DNA of 64,000 nucleotides from Azolla caroliniana (Eukaryota; Plantae; Polypodiophyta), in assembly GCA_043228905.1 (NCBI GenBank), contig JBHGNT010000013.1, positions 18,290,001-18,354,000 on the forward strand, written 5' to 3'. The position numbers and the translations under genes were made by a program. The notes under the pieces are model-generated. The model saw only the letters and a program-made list of their open reading frames with translations, had not been told where the DNA came from and ran no database searches. Positions 60,636 to 64,000 of this stretch are shown piece after piece (within the stretch, counting starts at the first letter, position 1; each line of letters begins with the position of its first letter).

Positions 60636-63600
60636 TGTTGAGAATCAAACTCAATTCCCCTAGTGTGGGAACACACCTTTGGAATACCCAAGCGTGTGAA
60701 CATCGCACCTCCTTGTATCATAAACTAAGTGTCATAGAAGTTAAGTCCTATGACACATATTTAGTATGTGGTTAATTCTACACCTCTTTTTCAAGTGGTG
60801 GTTGTAGTGAGAGAACATAGAGAGAAGGTGTCTACATAAGGACCTTCTCCTCCTCTTTGTAACTATTGGTTATTTTATTATCTTGTCAATATAGTTTTAC
60901 CATTTTCTCTCCCTCTCACTCACACACACATACATACACCTTCCGCTACACAGAATAATATCCTATTCTTTACATTATATAAGGGTGATTGGTAACTTGA
61001 TCCAAATTCATCCTCACATCTTGTGTGTACGCTCACGTTCACGGAGAACCGACTGATCGTTGTAGCAACAAACCGCACAGTTCGTATCAAGAGAAGCAAG
61101 ACAAGAAAAGTAGCTCCAACGAAGTCACATCAACATGAACACTCAGATGGGAAGCACTCTTCCTACAAAGAAACTCGATAGAAACAACTTCGCATCTTGG
61201 GAGTACAAGAGGCACCAATACCTTGTGGGTCAAGGCTATTGGAGCTATGTCAAAGGAGCAAAAGGAAATCAACCCAACCCCGCACATGCCAACCACCTAG
61301 CTTGGGAGCAAGTGGCGAGTCGCATCGGCTACATCCGAGAGGCGAAAACGCCAAAAGAGGTGTTGTGGAACCTCAAAAAGATATTCGTTTCCAACACAAC
61401 CACACGAAAACTTCAACTCCGTCAAGAGCTGAATAACATACAACAAAGGGTTATGTCAGTCAGCAACTACACCTTGAAGATGAAGGAGTTGTGTGACTTC
61501 CTCGGGTCGATCAATGTCAACATTGACGACAATGAAATGGTGCAAATATGCCTCGGCTACCTTGCACCTCAGTTCCGTGCAATAAGGTTGGCCATCCTCG
61601 CGAGAGAGAATCCTCCCTCATTCTTCAATCTCCAATTGATGATATTGTCAAAGAAAACCATGTCTGAACAAGAGGCAATAAATTAGACGAACAAATGCTC
61701 TACACGAACTCAGATGGAGGAAACGGGCAAGTCCTTGAAGAACAAATTAGACGAAACGATCAAAGGCTGTCCCATGAGCACAACTTCTATCGGCAAGATG
61801 CCAAAAACTGACAACCAAGAGCGTTTGGAAGAAGGGGGAGCAATCATTCCGAACCAAGCCGACAAAACAATTCCTTTTAGTGTGGATATTGTGGCAAATT
61901 CGGCCACTACGAGGCAAGGTGTTGGAGCAAGAAGACAACTCACCAACTACGCCTCCATCTCCGACTACGATGATCATGGAAAAATGTTTGTAATGAGGCA
62001 CAGAGTGAACTCAATGTCAGTCTCCTGCCCAACCAACACCTCCAAGTCTAAAGATGTATGGTTTGTTGACTCGGGTGTATCCAATCACATGACGTCTCAT
62101 AAACATTGGTTCAGAGAGCTACGAAAGCTTGAATGACCCGGTTATGTGGAAACTACGGATGAAACAATTCGCGCCATTCAACATGTTGGTAATGTCCCAT
62201 TCGATGAAGAGGGCTACATCAAGAACGTCTTGCATGTTTTGACAATAACTAATAATCTGTTCTCTATCGACTAGATTGTGGAACTAGGCATCCAAGTTCA
62301 GTTCAATAACAAAGGATGCTTCATGGATAAGGAAGGCCGAATTATCACTCGTGGTCGAAGAGAAGGTTAGATGTTCATCCTCAATTCTCACGAGATGAAA
62401 TCAGCAATGTTTGCCAAGGGCCATAGAGCAAACGTCAATATACAATTGTGGCACAAAAGGATCGGCCACTTCAAGCTCCAAAAACTCAAAGGAATGCAAT
62501 CGGAAGGAGTCATCATCGGACTCCCAACCTTTACTAAGAATGAGATTGTAGGTGTATGCGAAGCCTACCGATTCCGTAAACAACACCGACAACCGTTCCC
62601 AATGGAGAGGAACGTGAGCAAAGGGATCCTGGATGTAATATAATCAAACGTATGGGGACCAGCCCAAACGGCAACATCCAATGGTTGCCGATATTATGTG
62701 ACATTCATTGACAACTTCTCTAGGCACACCTAAATATTCCCTATGCGGGAAAAGAGTGGTGTTCTTGCACTTCCAAAAGTTTAAAAACAAAGTAAAAAAG
62801 GCAACCGATCGTCATGTACAATGCCTTCGATCGGATGACAGCAAAGAGTACTTCTCCGACGCCTTTACAACATACCTTCGACAAGAAGGAGTCCAACGGG
62901 AGTTTACTTGCCGACACATACCTCAACAGAACGGAGTAGCTGAACGAAAGAACATGCATATACTCGATGTGGCAAGGGCAATGATGAATGAGAAACATCT
63001 ACGGAAATCATACTAAGTTGAAGTGACGAACCCGACCGTCTATCGAATGAATCATTGCATAGCATCCGGAGTGCACAATATTACCTCCCATGAGAGGTTC
63101 TATGGAAAGAAGCCAGATCTATCCCACGTCAGTATATTAGGCTCGATCGTGTACGTTTGTATTCCTGACGAGAAGTGGCAGAAGCTTGATCCTAAGTTAG
63201 AGAGATGTATCCTCGTGGGGTACTCGCTCGAACAAAAGGGGTATAGGTGCTTCAACCCCTCTACCAAGGAGGTACGAGTGAGTAGGGATGTCATATTTGA
63301 CGAATCGGCATCTTGATACATCACCGACTCAACTCCATCCGATCTAACCGAAACCGATTTCGACATAGATTCAGAGGAGGTTGATCATCTAAGGCTCACA
63401 ACAGAGGGAAGTCCAATCTCAACCAGGTTGAGTGGACCATAGGAGCCTCTGAGCGACCACAAGATCATGCATGTCACGACCAAGTTCAAAATTGGACAAA
63501 GGAAAGGCCAAAATGCCTGAGTACAAAGACTTAGATGGAAACGAATAATCTCACTCACTCGACAGTGAGTATGGTGGATTGGATGTTCCTATCATGAGGA

Positions 63601-64000
63601 CACCAGGAGCCAAGAAAGTGTTCACGAAGACAAGGGAACCACTACGTTGCTCCACCCAAGTAAAGAACATAGTTAGCCGATTTGGCGACAACAACTACAT
63701 GGCATATTACTATGCCTTTGTGATGAAGGTGGTGACAATTCTAGAACCAGAAAACTTTTCCGAAGCTGCTAAGGACCCGCGATGGGTTGAAGCGATGAAT
63801 GAGGAGATGCAAGCACTCTCCAAAAACGAGACTTGCGATCTCTTGCCCTCTTCACCCCACCAAAAGGTAATTGGATGCCGGTGGATATTCAAGGTGAAGC
63901 ACAATGTTGGCAACACTGTCAATTGGTATAAGGCTCGACTTGTAGCGAAAGGATATGCACACACACATGGGGTCGATTATGAAGAGACCTTTGCCCAAGT
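60636..64000 (+). mobile_element. Old degenerate copia B3 (5' LTR 60636-60974, Gag, protease, integrase, start of RT); runs off the window end
   Basis: TGTTGAGAATC...TTTACA LTR is homologous to B1/B2. Decayed PBS. Gag starts MNTQMGSTLP at 61135. Many stops. Confidence 0.9.

Overview
Plant nuclear DNA, probably a fern. That is inferred from the style of a PLS-class PPR fragment; no taxonomic search was possible. Most of the window is nested retroelements. There are nine Ty1/copia elements in five families: A x2, B x3, C x2, a Tnt1/Tork-like element and a degenerate family D; seven have both LTRs and a readable 5-bp target-site duplication (TSD), while the Tork-like element and B3 show only their 5' LTR and PBS. 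There are also two decayed L1-type LINEs, a tiny gypsy-derived TRIM-like element with a tRNA-Ala PBS, a solo LTR and orphan LTR pieces. Three copia polyproteins are intact (960-5033, 14108-18124, 33669-37742). The non-TE highlight is a two-copy family of P-loop GTPase genes whose motif pattern resembles fungal (Agaricomycete) and bacterial G-domain proteins more than standard plant GTPases. Copy 1 (21355-23175) is intact, with an N-terminal Cys cluster, eight 14-aa repeats and probably three further in-frame exons. It lies inside a ~250-290-bp inverted repeat. Copy 2 (39386-46271) is a pseudogene cut by two copia insertions and can be rejoined in frame at one TSD. All coordinates and mismatch counts were read by eye.
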